A stretch of DNA of 47,711 nt from a bacterium. Its GTDB lineage: Bacteria > SAR324 > NAC60-12. The stretch lies in contig CBDDTI010000102.1 of the NCBI GenBank assembly GCA_965233585.1, positions 1 to 47,711 of the forward strand, given 5' to 3'. Shown one piece after another: positions 34,674 through 47,711 of the stretch (positions within the stretch are counted from its first letter, which is position 1; every line of letters begins with the position of its first letter). A model generated the notes under the pieces. The model ran no database searches, had not been told where the DNA came from, and saw only the letters and a list, made by a program, of their open reading frames with translations. A program made the position numbers and the translations under genes.

Positions 34674-37600
34674 CAATTTTTCAAGGTGATACCTCATGAT
34701 TGGCTCAGTTACTCAATAATATGAATGTTTGGATGGTACTCTATTGTGCCCAACAGCTTCTTGGTGTTGAAAAAAATCAAAAACCATTTCTCCACCTTTC
34801 TCTGAGTAAAGCTGGTCCATTTACTTTATAATATTTGTGATAAAGCTTTAAAATGCAAGGTTTTCCAAATAATTAGATGCCTTATTAAACCCTTATTAAA
34901 AAACAGCACTCAGACAATTTTTCAAGGTGGTACCTCATGAGTGGCTCAGTTACTCAATAATATAATTGTTTGGATGGTACTCTATTGTGAGCACCAACTT
35001 TTGGGGGTGAAAAAAAAACAAAACCCTTTCTCCACCTTTCTTTGGGTAAAGCTGGTCCTTTTACTTTAGAAAGCCATATTTATGTTAAAGCTTTAAAATG
35101 CAAGGTTTCCCAAATAATTAGATGCCTTATTAAACCCTTATTAAAAAACAGCACCCAGACAATTTTTCAAGGGGATACCTCATGATTGGCTCAGTTACTC
35201 AATAATATAATTGTTTGGATGGTACTCTATTGTGAGCACCAACTTGTGGGAGTGAAAAAAACAAAACCCTTTCTCCACCTTTCTTTGGGTAAAGCTGGTC
35301 CTTTTACTTTAGAAAGCCATATTTATGTTAAAGCTTTAAAATGCAAGGTTTCCCAAATAATTAGATGCCTTATTAAACCCTTATTAAAAAACAGCACTCA
35401 GACAATTTTTCAAGGGGGTACCTCATGAGTGGCTCAGTTACTCAATAATATAATTGTTTGGATGGTACTCTATTGTGAGCACCAACTTTTTGGAGTGAAC
35501 AAAAACAACAAAACCCTTTCTCCACATTTCTTTGGGTAAAGCTGGTCCTTTTACTTTAGAAAACCATATTTGTGTTAAAGCTTTAAAATGCAAGGTTTCC
35601 CAAATAATTAGATGCCTTATTAAACCCTTATTAAAAAACAGCATCCAGACAATTTTTCAAAGGGATACCTCATGATTGGCTCAGTTACTCAATAATATAA
35701 TTGTTTGGATGGTACTCTATTGTGAGCACCAACTTTTGGGAGTGAAAAAAAAGCAAAACCCTTTCTCCATCTTTCTTTGGGTAAAGCTGATCCTTTCACT
35801 TTAGAAAGCCATATTTGTGTTAAAAATTTAAAATGCAAGGCTTTCCAAATAATTAGATACCTGAAAAAACCATAATTGGCTCAGTTACTCAATAATATAA
35901 TTGTTTGGATGGTACTCTATTGTGAGCACCAACTTGTGGGAGTGAAAAAAGAAAAACAAAACCCTTTCTCCACCTTTCTTTGAGTAAATCTGGTGCCTTT
36001 ACTTCAGAAAGCTATATTTGTGTTAAAGCTTTAAAATGCAAGGCTTTCCAAATAATTAGATGCCTTATTAAACCCTTATTAAAAAACAGCACCCAGACAA
36101 TTTTTCAAGGGGATACCTCATGATTGACTCAGTTACTCAATAATATAATTGTTTGGATGGTACTCTATTGTGAGCACCAACTTGTGGGAGTTAAAAAAAA
36201 ACAAAACCCTTTCTCCACCTTTCTTTGGGTAAAGCTGGTCCTTTTACTTTAGAAAGCCATATTCGTGTTAAAACTTTAAAATGCAAGGTTTTCCAAATAA
36301 TTAGATACCTGAAAAAACCATAATTGGCTCAGTTACTCAATAATATAATTGTTTGGATGGTACTCTATTGTGAGCACCAACTTTTTGGAGTGAAAAAAAA
36401 CAACAAAACCCTTTCTCCACCTTTCTTTGGGTAAAGCTGGTGCCTTTACTTTAGAAAGCTATATTTGTGTTAAAACTTTAAAATGCAAGGATTTCCAAAT
36501 AATTAGGTACCTGAAAAAACCATAATTGGCTCAGTTACTCAATAATATAATTGTTTGGATGGTACTCTATTGTGAGCACCAACTTGTGGGAGTGAAAAAA
36601 AACAAAACCCTTTCTCCAACTTTCTTTGAGTAAATCTGGTGCCTTTACTTCAGAAAGCTATATTTGTGTTAAAGCTTTAAAATGCAAGGTTTTCCAAATA
36701 ATTAGATGCCTTATTAAACCCTTATTAAAAACCAGCACCCAGACAATTTTTCAAGGGGATACCTCATGATTGACTCAGTTACTCAATAATATAATTGTTT
36801 GGATGGTACTCTATTGTGAGCACCAACTTGTGGGAGTGAAAAAAAACAAAACCCTTTCTCCACCTTTCTTTGGGTAAAGCTGATGCCTTTACTTTAGAAA
36901 GCCATATTTGTGTTAAAACTTTAAAATGCAAGGTTTTCCAAATAATTAGATACCTGAAAAAACCATAATTGGTTCAGTTACTCAATAATATAATTGTTTG
37001 GATGGTACTCTATTGTGAGCACCAACTTTTGGGAGTGAAAAAAAAAACATTTTCTTCACCTTTCTTTGGGTAAAGCTGATGCCTTTACTTTAGAAAGCCA
37101 TATTTGTGTTAAAACTAAAATGCAAGGTTTTCCAAATAATTAGATGCCTTATTAAATCCTTATTTAAAAACAGCACCCAGACAATTTTTCAAAGGGATAC
37201 CTCATGAGTGGCTCAGTTACTCAATAATATAATTGTTTGGATGGTACTCTATTGTGAGCACCAACTTTTGGGAGTGATAAAAAAAACAAAACCCTTTCTC
37301 CACCTTTCTTTGGGTAAATCTGGTGCCTTTACTTTAGAAAGCCATATTTGTGTTAAAGCTTTAAAATGTAAGGTTTTCCAAATAATTAGATGCCTTATTA
37401 AACCCTTATTAAAAAACAGCACCCAGACAATTTTTCAAGGGGATACCTCATGATTGGCTCAGTTACTCAATAATATAATTGTTTGGATGGTACTCTATTG
37501 TGAGCACCAACTTTTGGGAGTGAAAAAAAACCTTTCTCCACCTTTCTTTGGGTAAAGCTGGTCCTTTTACTTTAGAAAGCCATATTTATGCTAAAGCTTT

Positions 37601-40600
37601 AAAATGCAAGGTTTTCCAAATAATTAGATGCCTTATTAAACCCTTATTAAAAAACAGCACTCAGACAATTTTTCAAGGGGGTACCTCATGAGTGGTTCAG
37701 TTACTCAATAATATAATTGTCTGGATGGTACTCTATTGTGAGCACCAACTTTTGGGAGTAAAAAAAACAAAACCCTTTCTCCACCTTTCTTTGGGTAAAG
37801 CTGGTCCTTTCACTTTAGAAAGCCATAGTTGTGTTAAAATTTTAAAATGCAAGGTTTTCCAAATAATTAGATGCCTTATTAAACCCTTATTAAAAAACAG
37901 CATCCAGACAATTTTTCAAGGTGGTACCTCATGAGTGGCTCAGTTACTCAATAATATAATTGTTTGGATGGTACTCTATTGTGAGCACCAACTTTTGGGG
38001 GTGAAAAAAAAACAAAACCCTTTCTCCACCTTTCTTTGGGTAAAGCTGGTCCTTTTACTTTAGAAAGCCATATTTATGTTAAAGCTTTAAAATGCAAGGT
38101 TTCCCAAATAATTAGATGCCTTATTAAACCCTTATTAAAAAACAGCACCCAGACAATTTTTCAAGGGGATACCTCATGATTGGCTCAGTTACTCAATAAT
38201 ATAATTGTTTGGATGGTACTCTATTGTGAGCACCAACTTGTGGGAGTGAAAAAAACAAAACCCTTTCTCCACCTTTCTTTGGGTAAAGCTGGTCCTTTTA
38301 CTTTAGAAAGCCATATTTATGTTAAAGCTTTAAAATGCAAGGTTTCCCAAATAATTAGATGCCTTATTAAACCCTTATTAAAAACAGCACTCAGACAATT
38401 TTTCAAGGGGGTACCTCATGAGTGGCTCAGTTACTCAATAATATAATTGTTTGGATGGTACTCTATTGTGAGCACCAACTTTTTGGAGTGAAAAAAAACA
38501 ACAAAACCCTTTCTCCACATTTCTTTGGGTAAAGCTGGTCCTTTTACTTTAGAAAACCATATTTGTGTTAAAGCTTTAAAATGCAAGGTTTCCCAAATAA
38601 TTAGATGCCTTATTAAACCCTTATTAAAAAACAGCATCCAGACAATTTTTCAAAGGGATACCTCATGATTGGCTCAGTTACTCAATAATATAATTGTTTG
38701 GATGGTACTCTATTGTGAGCACCAACTTTTGGGAGTGAAAAAAAAGCAAAACCCTTTCTCCATCTTTCTTTGGGTAAAGCTGATCCTTTCACTTTAGAAA
38801 GCCATATTTGTGTTAAAAATTTAAAATGCAAGGCTTTCCAAATAATTAGATACCTGAAAAAACCATAATTGGCTCAGTTACTCAATAATATAATTGTTTG
38901 GATGGTACTCTATTGTGAGCACCAACTTGTGGGAGTGAAAAAAGAAAAACAAAACCCTTTCTCCACCTTTCTTTGAGTAAATCTGGTGCCTTTACTTCAG
39001 AAAGCTATATTTGTGTTAAAGCTTTAAAATGCAAGGCTTTCCAAATAATTAGATGCCTTATTAAACCCTTATTAAAAAACAGCACCCAGACAATTTTTCA
39101 AGGGGATACCTCATGATTGACTCAGTTACTCAATAATATAATTGTTTGGATGGTACTCTATTGTGAGCACCAACTTGTGGGAGTTAAAAAAAACAAAACC
39201 CTTTCTCCACCTTTCTTTGGGTAAAGCTGGTCCTTTTACTTTAGAAAGCCATATTTGTGTTAAAACTTTAAAATGCAAGGTTTTCCAAATAATTAGATAC
39301 CTGAAAAAACCATAATTGGCTCAGTTACTCAATAATATAATTGTTTGGATGGTACTCTATTGTGAGCACCAACTTTTTGGAGTGAAAAAAAACAACAAAA
39401 CCCTTTCTCCACCTTTCTTTGGGTAAAGCTGGTGCCTTTACTTTAGAAAGCTATATTTGTGTTAAAACTTTAAAATGCAAGGATTTCCAAATAATTAGGT
39501 ACCTGAAAAAACCATAATTGGCTCAGTTACTCAATAATATAATTGTTTGGATGGTACTCTATTGTGAGCACCAACTTGTGGGAGTGAAAAAAAACAAAAC
39601 CCTTTCTCCAACTTTCTTTGAGTAAATCTGGTGCCTTTACTTCAGAAAGCTATATTTGTGTTAAAGCTTTAAAATGCAAGGTTTTCCAAATAATTAGATG
39701 CCTTATTAAACCCTTATTAAAAAACAGCACCCAGACAATTTTTCAAGGGGATACCTCATGATTGACTCAGTTACTCAATAATATAATTGTTTGGATGGTA
39801 CTCTATTGTGAGCACCAACTTGTGGGAGTGAAAAAAAAACAAAACCCTTTCTCCACCTTTCTTTGGGTAAAGCTGATGCCTTTACTTTAGAAAGCCATAT
39901 TTGTGTTAAAACTTTAAAATGCAAGGTTTTCCAAATAATTAGATACCTGAAAAAACCATAATTGGTTCAGTTACTCAATAATATAATTGTTTGGATGGTA
40001 CTCTATTGTGAGCACCAACTTTTGGGAGTGAAAAAAAACATTTTCTTCACCTTTCTTTGGGTAAAGCTGATGCCTTTACTTTAGAAAGCCATATTTGTGT
40101 TAAAACTAAAATGCAAGGTTTTCCAAATAATTAGATGCCTTATTAAATCCTTATTAAAAAACAGCACCCAGACAATTTTTCAAAGGGATACCTCATGAGT
40201 GGCTCAGTTACTCAATAATATAATTGTTTGGATGGTACTCTATTGTGAGCACCAACTTTTGGGAGTGATAAAAAAAAACAAAACCCTTTCTCCACCTTTC
40301 TTTGGGTAAATCTGGTGCCTTTACTTTAGAAAGCCATATTTGTGTTAAAGCTTTAAAATGTAAGGTTTTCCAAATAATTAGATGCCTTATTAAACCCTTA
40401 TTAAAAAACAGCACCCAGACAATTTTTCAAGGGGATACCTCATGATTGGCTCAGTTACTCAATAATATAATTGTTTGGATGGTACTCTATTGTGAGCACC
40501 AACTTTTGGGAGTGAAAAAAAACCTTTCTCCACCTTTCTTTGGGTAAAGCTGGTCCTTTTACTTTAGAAAGCCATATTTATGCTAAAGCTTTAAAATGCA

Positions 40601-41767
40601 AGGTTTTCCAAATAATTAGATGCCTTATTAAACCCTTATTAAAAAACAGCACTCAGACAATTTTTCAAGGGGGTACCTCATGAGTGGTTCAGTTACTCAA
40701 TAATATAATTGTCTGGATGGTACTCTATTGTGAGCACCAACTTTTGGGAGTAAAAAAAACAAAACCCTTTCTCCACCTTTCTTTGGGTAAAGCTGGTCCT
40801 TTCACTTTAGAAAGCCATAGTTGTGTTAAATTTTTAAAATGCAAGGTTTCCCAAATAATCAGATGCCTTATTAAACCCTTATTAAAAAACAGCATCCAGA
40901 CAATTTTTCAAAGGGATACCTCATGATTGGCTCAGTTACTCAATAATATAATTGTTTGGATGGTACTCTATTGTGAGCACCAACTTTTGGGAGTGAAAAA
41001 AAAAGCAAGACCCTTTCTCCACCTTTCTTTGGGTAAAGCTGGTCCTTTCACTTTAGAAAGCCATAGTTGTGTTAAAACTTTAAAATGCAAGGTTTCCCAA
41101 ATAATCAGATGCCTTATTAAACCCTTATTAAAAAACAGCATCCAGACAATTTTTCAAAGGGATACCTCATGAGTGGCTCAGTTACTCAATAATATAATTG
41201 TTTGGATGGTACTCTATTGTGAGCACCAACTTTTGGGATTGAAAAAAAACAAAACCCTTTCTCCACCTTTCTTTGGGTAAAGCTGGTCCTTTCACTTTAG
41301 AAAGCCATAGTTGTGTTAAAATTTTAAAATGCAAGGTTTCCCAAATAATCAGATGCCTTATTAAACCCTTATTAAAAAACAGCATCCAGACAATTTTTCA
41401 AAGGGATACCTCATGATTGGCTCAGTTACTCAATAATATAATTGTTTGGATGGTACTCTATTGTGAGCACCAACTTTTGGGAGTGAAAAAAAAGCAAGAC
41501 CCTTTCTCCACCTTTCTTTGAGTAAATCTGGTGCCTTTACTTCAGAAAGCTATATTTGTGTTAAAACTTTAAAATGCAAGGTTTCCCAAATAATTAGATG
41601 CCTTATTAAACCCTTATTAAAAAACAGCACCCAGACAATTTTTCAAGGGGGTACCTCATGAGTGGCTTTGTTACTCAATAATATAATTGTTTGGATGGTA
41701 CTCTATTGTGAGCACCAACTTTGGGGGGTGAAAAAAAAACAAAACCCTTTCTCCACCTTTCTTTGGG
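34674..41767. repeat. Satellite array 4 (~7.1 kb) with ~3.0-kb higher-order repeat
   Basis: Same monomer and variant order as array 3. The right end matches the end of array 2. Confidence 0.97.
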
Positions 41768-42532
41768 CAAAGGCTCCAGGATGTCTGAGATGTCCAAGCC
41801 CTGAAGGACATTGAGTTCCTCCTGCCTGCTGAGAGCTCCTTTGAAGTAATGAACTGCTGAGCTGTAGTAATTGAGCCACTGCTCAAAGGATTTGCTGAGC
41901 TTCTTCATCTCCTAGCTGGTTCAATGAAAGATCCCAAAAGATATAAACATAATTTAACTATACAATGAATTGTAATTATAATGAGTTTACCTCAAGCAGC
42001 TCAGATGCACAAAATTATACTCAAGTGCCAACAAGCTTCATCCCTGAGCAGCTGCATCTGAGTGACCAGGGCTCTCAAGTTACTGAGTGGCTTCAAAAGG
42101 ATGCTCAGGGTGAAGAGGAGCAAAGAAGTGAATGCAAGCCATCCCTGAGTTTTGCAACATTGCATTCATGTTACAAGAGTCACCTTTACCTACATAATAA
42201 GAAACTTGTTGATAAAATAGAAAATTGAAAACATGAAAATAGGCAACACTAAGCTGTGCCCAAGGTCAAGCTCAGCTGAGGAAAAAATAGGATTGAGGTC
42301 CTTCAGCCTCACTGCCAGGTCAATAGCATTGCAACCTGAAGTGCAGGCTTGGTGCAAAACAAGAATACACTAAGAAAATAGCTAGTTGCCTAATTAATTA
42401 AGTAATTAGTCAATTAATCATACCAAATGATTACTAACTAATTAATTAACTAATTACTTACTGATGTTGGATACTGAGGCAGACTCCTTTTTCCAAAAAC
42501 GCTGCTCAGGTAAGCTGAGCCCTTGAATTGTC

Positions 42533-43422
42533 TCAGAATTCATTCTGAGCCTGTAGATCACTGAGGTGCCATTCCACCTCAGCTTCAATGTTCCACTGAG
42601 AAAGTAGGTCAGGCTCAGCCACATCTGAGAGGTCTATGCTGCTAAGCACATTGAGCCTCTCAGCCTTGGTTCTGAGTCCTACTTCCCTGCTATAAGCACT
42701 GAGCCAATGCTGCTTAGCACAGCTGAAAGGATGTGCTGAGCCCAGCAGGTCATGGATGGTTCTCTCAGGTTTGTGGGCCCAAAGTACTGAGAGCTCAGGT
42801 CGCTGAGTGTTCTCCACCACCAGGGTCTCCTGCCTGAGCTCTTCATCTGAGGCAGTCCTGCTGTAGAGTGCCTGAGCTGGCTGAAAAGGTTTCAAGAAAC
42901 CAACAGACATCAACTAAAAACATCCAAGAACATGTTCCTCTTCACAAAAAAAGGAAACCAAATGCATTCAAGTACCCTGAGGAATCGATTGTACATGACA
43001 CCCTCCCTGGTGGCTAAGATAGCAGTGCTCAGCAGCAAGTCCCACTCTGTGAACTGAGCTTCTGAGTCCCAGTGGGAGACAGGTCCACTGAGAAGTGCCC
43101 AGCGCTTCTTCACTAAGAATTCTGAGAACAAAGCTGCACCACCTGCCTGAGGGTCAAACTCTTCAAAATGCTGCTTGAGGTGCCTCAGGGTGTCCCAGGT
43201 ACTTCCTCCAGTCATATCCATCCTGAGCTCCATGGCCCTGACCTTCTCTGAGATGAAGTCAAGCCTCTGCTGAGAATGATCAGAAGCATACCAAAGGTCA
43301 TCTCTGAGGTTCTGCAGAACCTGCACCAAGGTGCTGAGCTCAGTCTTGAGGCCCAGGAGGAAGATGAAGCAAAGAGCCAAGACTGAGAGCCCAGCCTGGT
43401 GTTGTTTTGTGCTTCCATGCAA
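42533..43422 (-). CDS. Copy 2 of the spliced unknown gene at 15973-16862
   Basis: Identical 126-aa and 170-aa translations. Confidence 0.55.
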
Positions 43423-45029
43423 AAAAACAAGTAGTTTTTACCATTGGCCTAAGCATTTTTTTACAGCTGATCCAAGTATGGTACTGCTTGCTGTCAAGAA
43501 GCAAGCTGGGGTGCATGAATGACATCTGATAGCTGGCTGAGCCTAGCCTGTAGGTCCACTGAGGTACCACCTAGGGCTACCATCTGAGGAATGAACAAAA
43601 ACATGTTGAACCATGCAATCCAAGGACCCAAAAACAAGTTGTTATGTAGCTGAGATGCTAGCCAAGCTGATGCCTGTGCTGCAAGCAAGAGCCATGATGC
43701 ACACCATCTTCAGCTGAGGCCCCATGGCTCCAAGAGAAGAACTGATGCTGATGAAGGTGGCTGATACTGATGCTGATGAGAAAAAGCTGCTGAGGCACAT
43801 GGTGCTCAAGAGGCTGAGATGCTGAAGACAGACTAGCTCAGGCTACTGTGTCTAAGACCAGGTTTATCTCCTGCAAAATAATTAATTAGTTAATTAATTA
43901 TAAATAATTAATTAATTAGAAATTGTTGAGGGGTGGGTTCCTCACACTAGTCAGGACACAAAATTAAGGTGCAAGCTCAGGAACTTGAGAGGCTCAGCCC
44001 AGATGAAGCCACCAAGCTGAGGATCACAAAGGCCTTCAGCTGAAGATTCATGGCTGTAGCCTTGGCTGCCATGGAAGCACATAGAAGCACATGCCATTAA
44101 TTGATTGTGTTTTAGTTCATCCTAAAATTTAAAAGAATAACCAGAAACAAAAACAGGACTAAACTTGATTGAGAAGCAAGGAAGCAAATGCAGTTGCAAA
44201 TGGGTGCTCAGAGTGCTGAAGCTTGGGTGCTGGATGCTGCTGTGGTAGCATGCAGGCTCAGAACAGCCCTAGATGAAAACTTAGAAAGAAATGTCACCAA
44301 CTGAGGGTGGCCAACACTCAGTGCCAATGCTTAGCAGTGGCTGCAGCCAACCTAAGTATGCCTAGTATGTTAAGTTATATAAATGCTACTTTAGATAGCC
44401 TTTCCTTTAGATAGCCTTTCCTTCATTAGTAGTGACTGCAACCTTCCCTTGTCATGCTAAGTCAAATCTCAGTGGTTGCTGCCAGCCCCAAGCAACTTTT
44501 TTTGATATCTGATGCTGTTCAAGAGCTGATGCATGCTGAGAATGCATCAAGGAGACAAAAATCATGACCAAGTCATGGCTGAGGGTTGCTTAGGCTGTGC
44601 CCAGCTTCTAAAAAGTAGAAGTCACCTAAGCTCCATCAGAAGTGCATCTGCTGAGTCATACTGTGCTTGCTGAGATAGATGCAGATGATGTAGCCCTGAT
44701 ACTTTTCTTCACATCTTCAGGTCCTGCCAGGGGGAACAGTATAAGGACAAGGTAAGCTACATGAGCACTGCACTAAGAAGAACCATTACAATGTCTAACA
44801 TTAGCCATTGCTTATGCTAAGTAACTAAAGTAATTAGTTAATACTTTAACTATTCTAAACTCCAACAACAACCTGCAGCAGTGCCAAAACCACCCACATC
44901 CCTGCAGAACTGCACTATTTTTTTCTGCCAGCTTTTCAACATGCTGCCAAGACTTATGAGCTGACTAAGCATTGCTCAGCATGAATGCACCTGAGTCATA
45001 CCTCCTCAGGCTCCAAGAAACTGTACTAA

Positions 45030-45578
45030 TTACTTGTTGTCTGAGTTGGCAGACATGGCTGAGCCCTGGGACCTCTGACTAGTCTCATCTGGCTGACATT
45101 TTTGCAACATCTTTCTGAGATCAGCTTCAGTCAGATTGTACTCCCTCATGACCTCATCAATGGCAGCCTCTTTGTCTCCTTCTATGTATTTCTCAGCTCT
45201 TTGCAGATTCACCTTCAGCTCAGCTTGCAAAGCACTCAGCTCCTTTTGCTCAGCTTCCATTCTATCAGCATCTTCCCTGAGCCTGGTGATTGTAAGGTCC
45301 TGAAGTATTTTTGCCTGATCAAGTAGAGCAATCTTAGACCTCATACTCTGGCTCAGACCATATGCATAGTCTAAGTCCCTGAGCTTCTCATCGTCTTCTG
45401 AGTTGTCCAGGAGTTCCTGAATCTCATGGCTAATGTCCAGTTGGTGGAGCTGAGACTTGACATAGCCCTGGGCATCATTGGCAGTCCTGATAGGCTGATG
45501 CTCCCAAACTGGGCTTCTCTGCATATCTGATAAAGCAGCATCAGGTCTGCCTGAGCACCTCCCATGATAGTTCCACAT
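45030..45578 (-). CDS. Family C 182-aa protein, copy 2
   Basis: Translation identical to 18470-19018. Confidence 0.65.
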   Translation of the reverse strand: MWNYHGRCSGRPDAALSDMQRSPVWEHQPIRTANDAQGYVKSQLHQLDISHEIQELLDNSEDDEKLRDLDYAYGLSQSMRSKIALLDQAKILQDLTITRLREDADRMEAEQKELSALQAELKVNLQRAEKYIEGDKEAAIDEVMREYNLTEADLRKMLQKCQPDETSQRSQGSAMSANSDNK

Positions 45579-45985
45579 GGCTGAGATGATACAGAGCTAA
45601 GGTTTGCTGAATCTTTGCACCTAGATTTGATCCTCAATTAAAAAGCTGAGGAGTCACAGAGACATGCACATATGAACATGCTACAACTTCATTGGTTAAT
45701 TAATTAATTAGTTACTCAATTCTTTGATGTCAACATGACTGAGCAAGATTGACACAAGGTCAACTACATGGGCACTGAACTAAGAAGAATCACTACAATG
45801 TATTAATTATAATGTGTATTTCTTGGTAATTAAACTAGTTCAAAAAAGCAATGGCAACAACAACAGAAACAGCAGCAGCATTGACACATTTTCCCTGCCA
45901 GCTGCTTGCCATGGCTTGTGATGTTTCAAAAAAAATAAGGTAATCTGTTAATTACCTAGATTCATCGTCAAGCTAGTGTTCATCC

Positions 45986-47194
45986 TCAGGTATTACCTGA
46001 GTCTCCCTCTGGCTTCTCAATCCTTTGCTTCTTGCTGAGACCAGGGGGCTCAGAAACTTGATCTTCAGGAATTGGCTTCTTACCATCTTTCTGCCTTTTC
46101 TGATGCAGCTCCAGCAAAGCCTCAGGGCTCAGACCAATAGCATCCATCTGACTGAGAATCTGCTGAGCCTGCTCTTCTTTTAGCTTCCCCAGTTCCTCCT
46201 GAGCCTGTGCCATCTCTTCCTCCTCCTTCTTCTGAGCCAGGAAACCTTTCAGCTTCTCCTGAGCATCTAAGATGTCAAGCCTGAGCTGACCTAAGACACC
46301 TTGCTCCTCAGCCATCTGCTGGGCATCTGTGGAGATCCTCTGCATAGTGGCATCCTGAGCAGCATAGGCTTGCTCAACAAGCAGAAGCTTCTGAGAGATG
46401 ATAGCTTCCAGCTCCTGCACATCTGAGACATCAGGACTAAGGTCCATCCCCTTCAGCTGATTGATAGCATGCCTGATGCCATTCTCAGGGTCAATCTGAG
46501 CAAGCAATGACTTGCAGTACCCCTGAGCAAAGGTGCTGTCATCAGTCTGAGCAGCCATAGCAAAGGTAGCAGCTTTAGGTGGCTGAGAAGGTTCAGCATC
46601 AGGTTCAGCTTGAGGTTGCTGACAACCAGGAGGCTTAGCAGGCTTAGGTGGCTTCAGTTTGTGCTTGAACTGAGCTGTCCAGTAAGGTTTTGAGACAAAC
46701 TTCTGCCAAGGCAATGGGGTCATGTTGAGAATCACCTGATAATACTGAGCAATGACTCTCTGAGGCCACCCATTGACATCCTGCAAGGTTGCAAAAGATG
46801 TGAAGAAAACTTTCAATCAGATATTAAAACTTAGTAATTAATATTTTTTCAATTAAACAATTAATTGATGAAGGCCATGCACCCATGCTCAGAGACACAA
46901 AGAACAAATGCATGCACACATGTTCAAACCCATGTCCTTGCAGTCTTTGCACCCATTCTGAAATGGGATCCTGCTGAGTTTCACCTTAGCATTGCACCCA
47001 GGACAAGCAACATCAGGCTCTCCATCATAGCGAGGGTAGCTGATGATCCTCTCAGGGTTTGATCCCTGAGCAAAGAGGTCATCCACTGAGGGAAAGCTTT
47101 GTGGAATGAGCTTGAGCTGAGCATGGCCACCCTTGACAGTAAATTCCATGCCAGATGGAACTAATTCTGAGTGATCCTTAGTGTTCCTTGCCAT
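45986..47194 (-). CDS. Family B two-exon gene, copy 2 (exon 1 47194-46985, exon 2 46780-45986)
   Basis: Translations identical to 19426-20634. Confidence 0.6.
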
Positions 47195-47711
47195 GGCTCA
47201 GTTGCTGAGTTGCAGCTGGCTGAGTTGAAAGGCAAATAGGCTCACCATGTGCTTGAGTTCACTAATCAGCTGAGGAATCACATAAGCACAAGTCCAAGAC
47301 CATGGGCACAAGTCCAAGACCATGGGCAAGCTGAGAGCCAACCCAACACCCCCAGAACCAACCCTGAGTCCTCTCTAAGCATTGCCATCATTCTGAGCAT
47401 CTTCTAAGCCACATCTCTGATTGTTCTCTGTGAGCATCTTCTAAGCCACACCCTCAGGTCCTGCCAGGGGAAAAATATAAGGACAAGGTCAACTACATGG
47501 GCACTGAACCAAGATGAACCATCAATTAATTAATTACAATGTATTAATTACAAGTAGTTCTTGTGAAACTAGTTCAAAAAAAACAATGGCAACAACAACA
47601 GAACCACCTCAGCCCATCAAATGCATTTTTCCACTGCCAGCTGCTTGTCATGGCATGTGATGACACAACTCAGTCTGAGCTGAGATATTGCAAAGCATTC
47701 CTAAGTCTTGT

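Larger units (their letters stand above)
41672..47711 (+). repeat. Near-identical segmental duplication of 15112-21151 (offset 26560)
   Basis: ORF pairs 15405/41965, 15973/42533, 18470/45030, 19426/45986 and 20329/46889 all differ by 26560. Confidence 0.95.

Noticed and set aside
3582..41767. Many 65-88-aa 'MAQLLNNIIVW..' and 'MLFFNKGLIRH..' ORFs
   Set aside because: They are translations of satellite monomers with GTG/TTG-type starts, and they open or close with poly-A length changes. Not genes.

Overview
Eukaryotic, highly repetitive DNA. It is most likely from a dinoflagellate (Symbiodiniaceae-like); this is inferred from GC/GA splice donors, invariant AG|G acceptors, one-strand gene blocks and near-total CpG loss. 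About 40% of the window is a ~244/~200-bp satellite in four arrays with a ~3.0-kb 13-monomer higher-order period. The arrays alternate with repeated copies of a CpG-free minus-strand cassette of unknown spliced genes (three paralogous coiled-coil genes, a small UBA-like ORF and a two-paralog unknown family). The single-copy middle (6.66-13.27 kb) holds the most informative sequence: a 10/11-bp minisatellite ending in a hairpin+CTRR terminus-like motif; a CpG-rich island with the spliced C-terminal half of a C5 cytosine DNA methyltransferase (motifs IX and X; missed by the ORF track); and, converging on it, a pogo-type DD35D transposase. Removing one 22-bp tandem duplication and one homopolymer base turns the transposase and two downstream ORFs into a single ~1,410-aa transposase-Ulp1/SUMO-protease fusion. 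The last bases of the window run into the first bases (6-nt overlap), suggesting a circle or one period of a ~47.7-kb macro-repeat. All family calls are from motif recognition by eye; no database searches were run.
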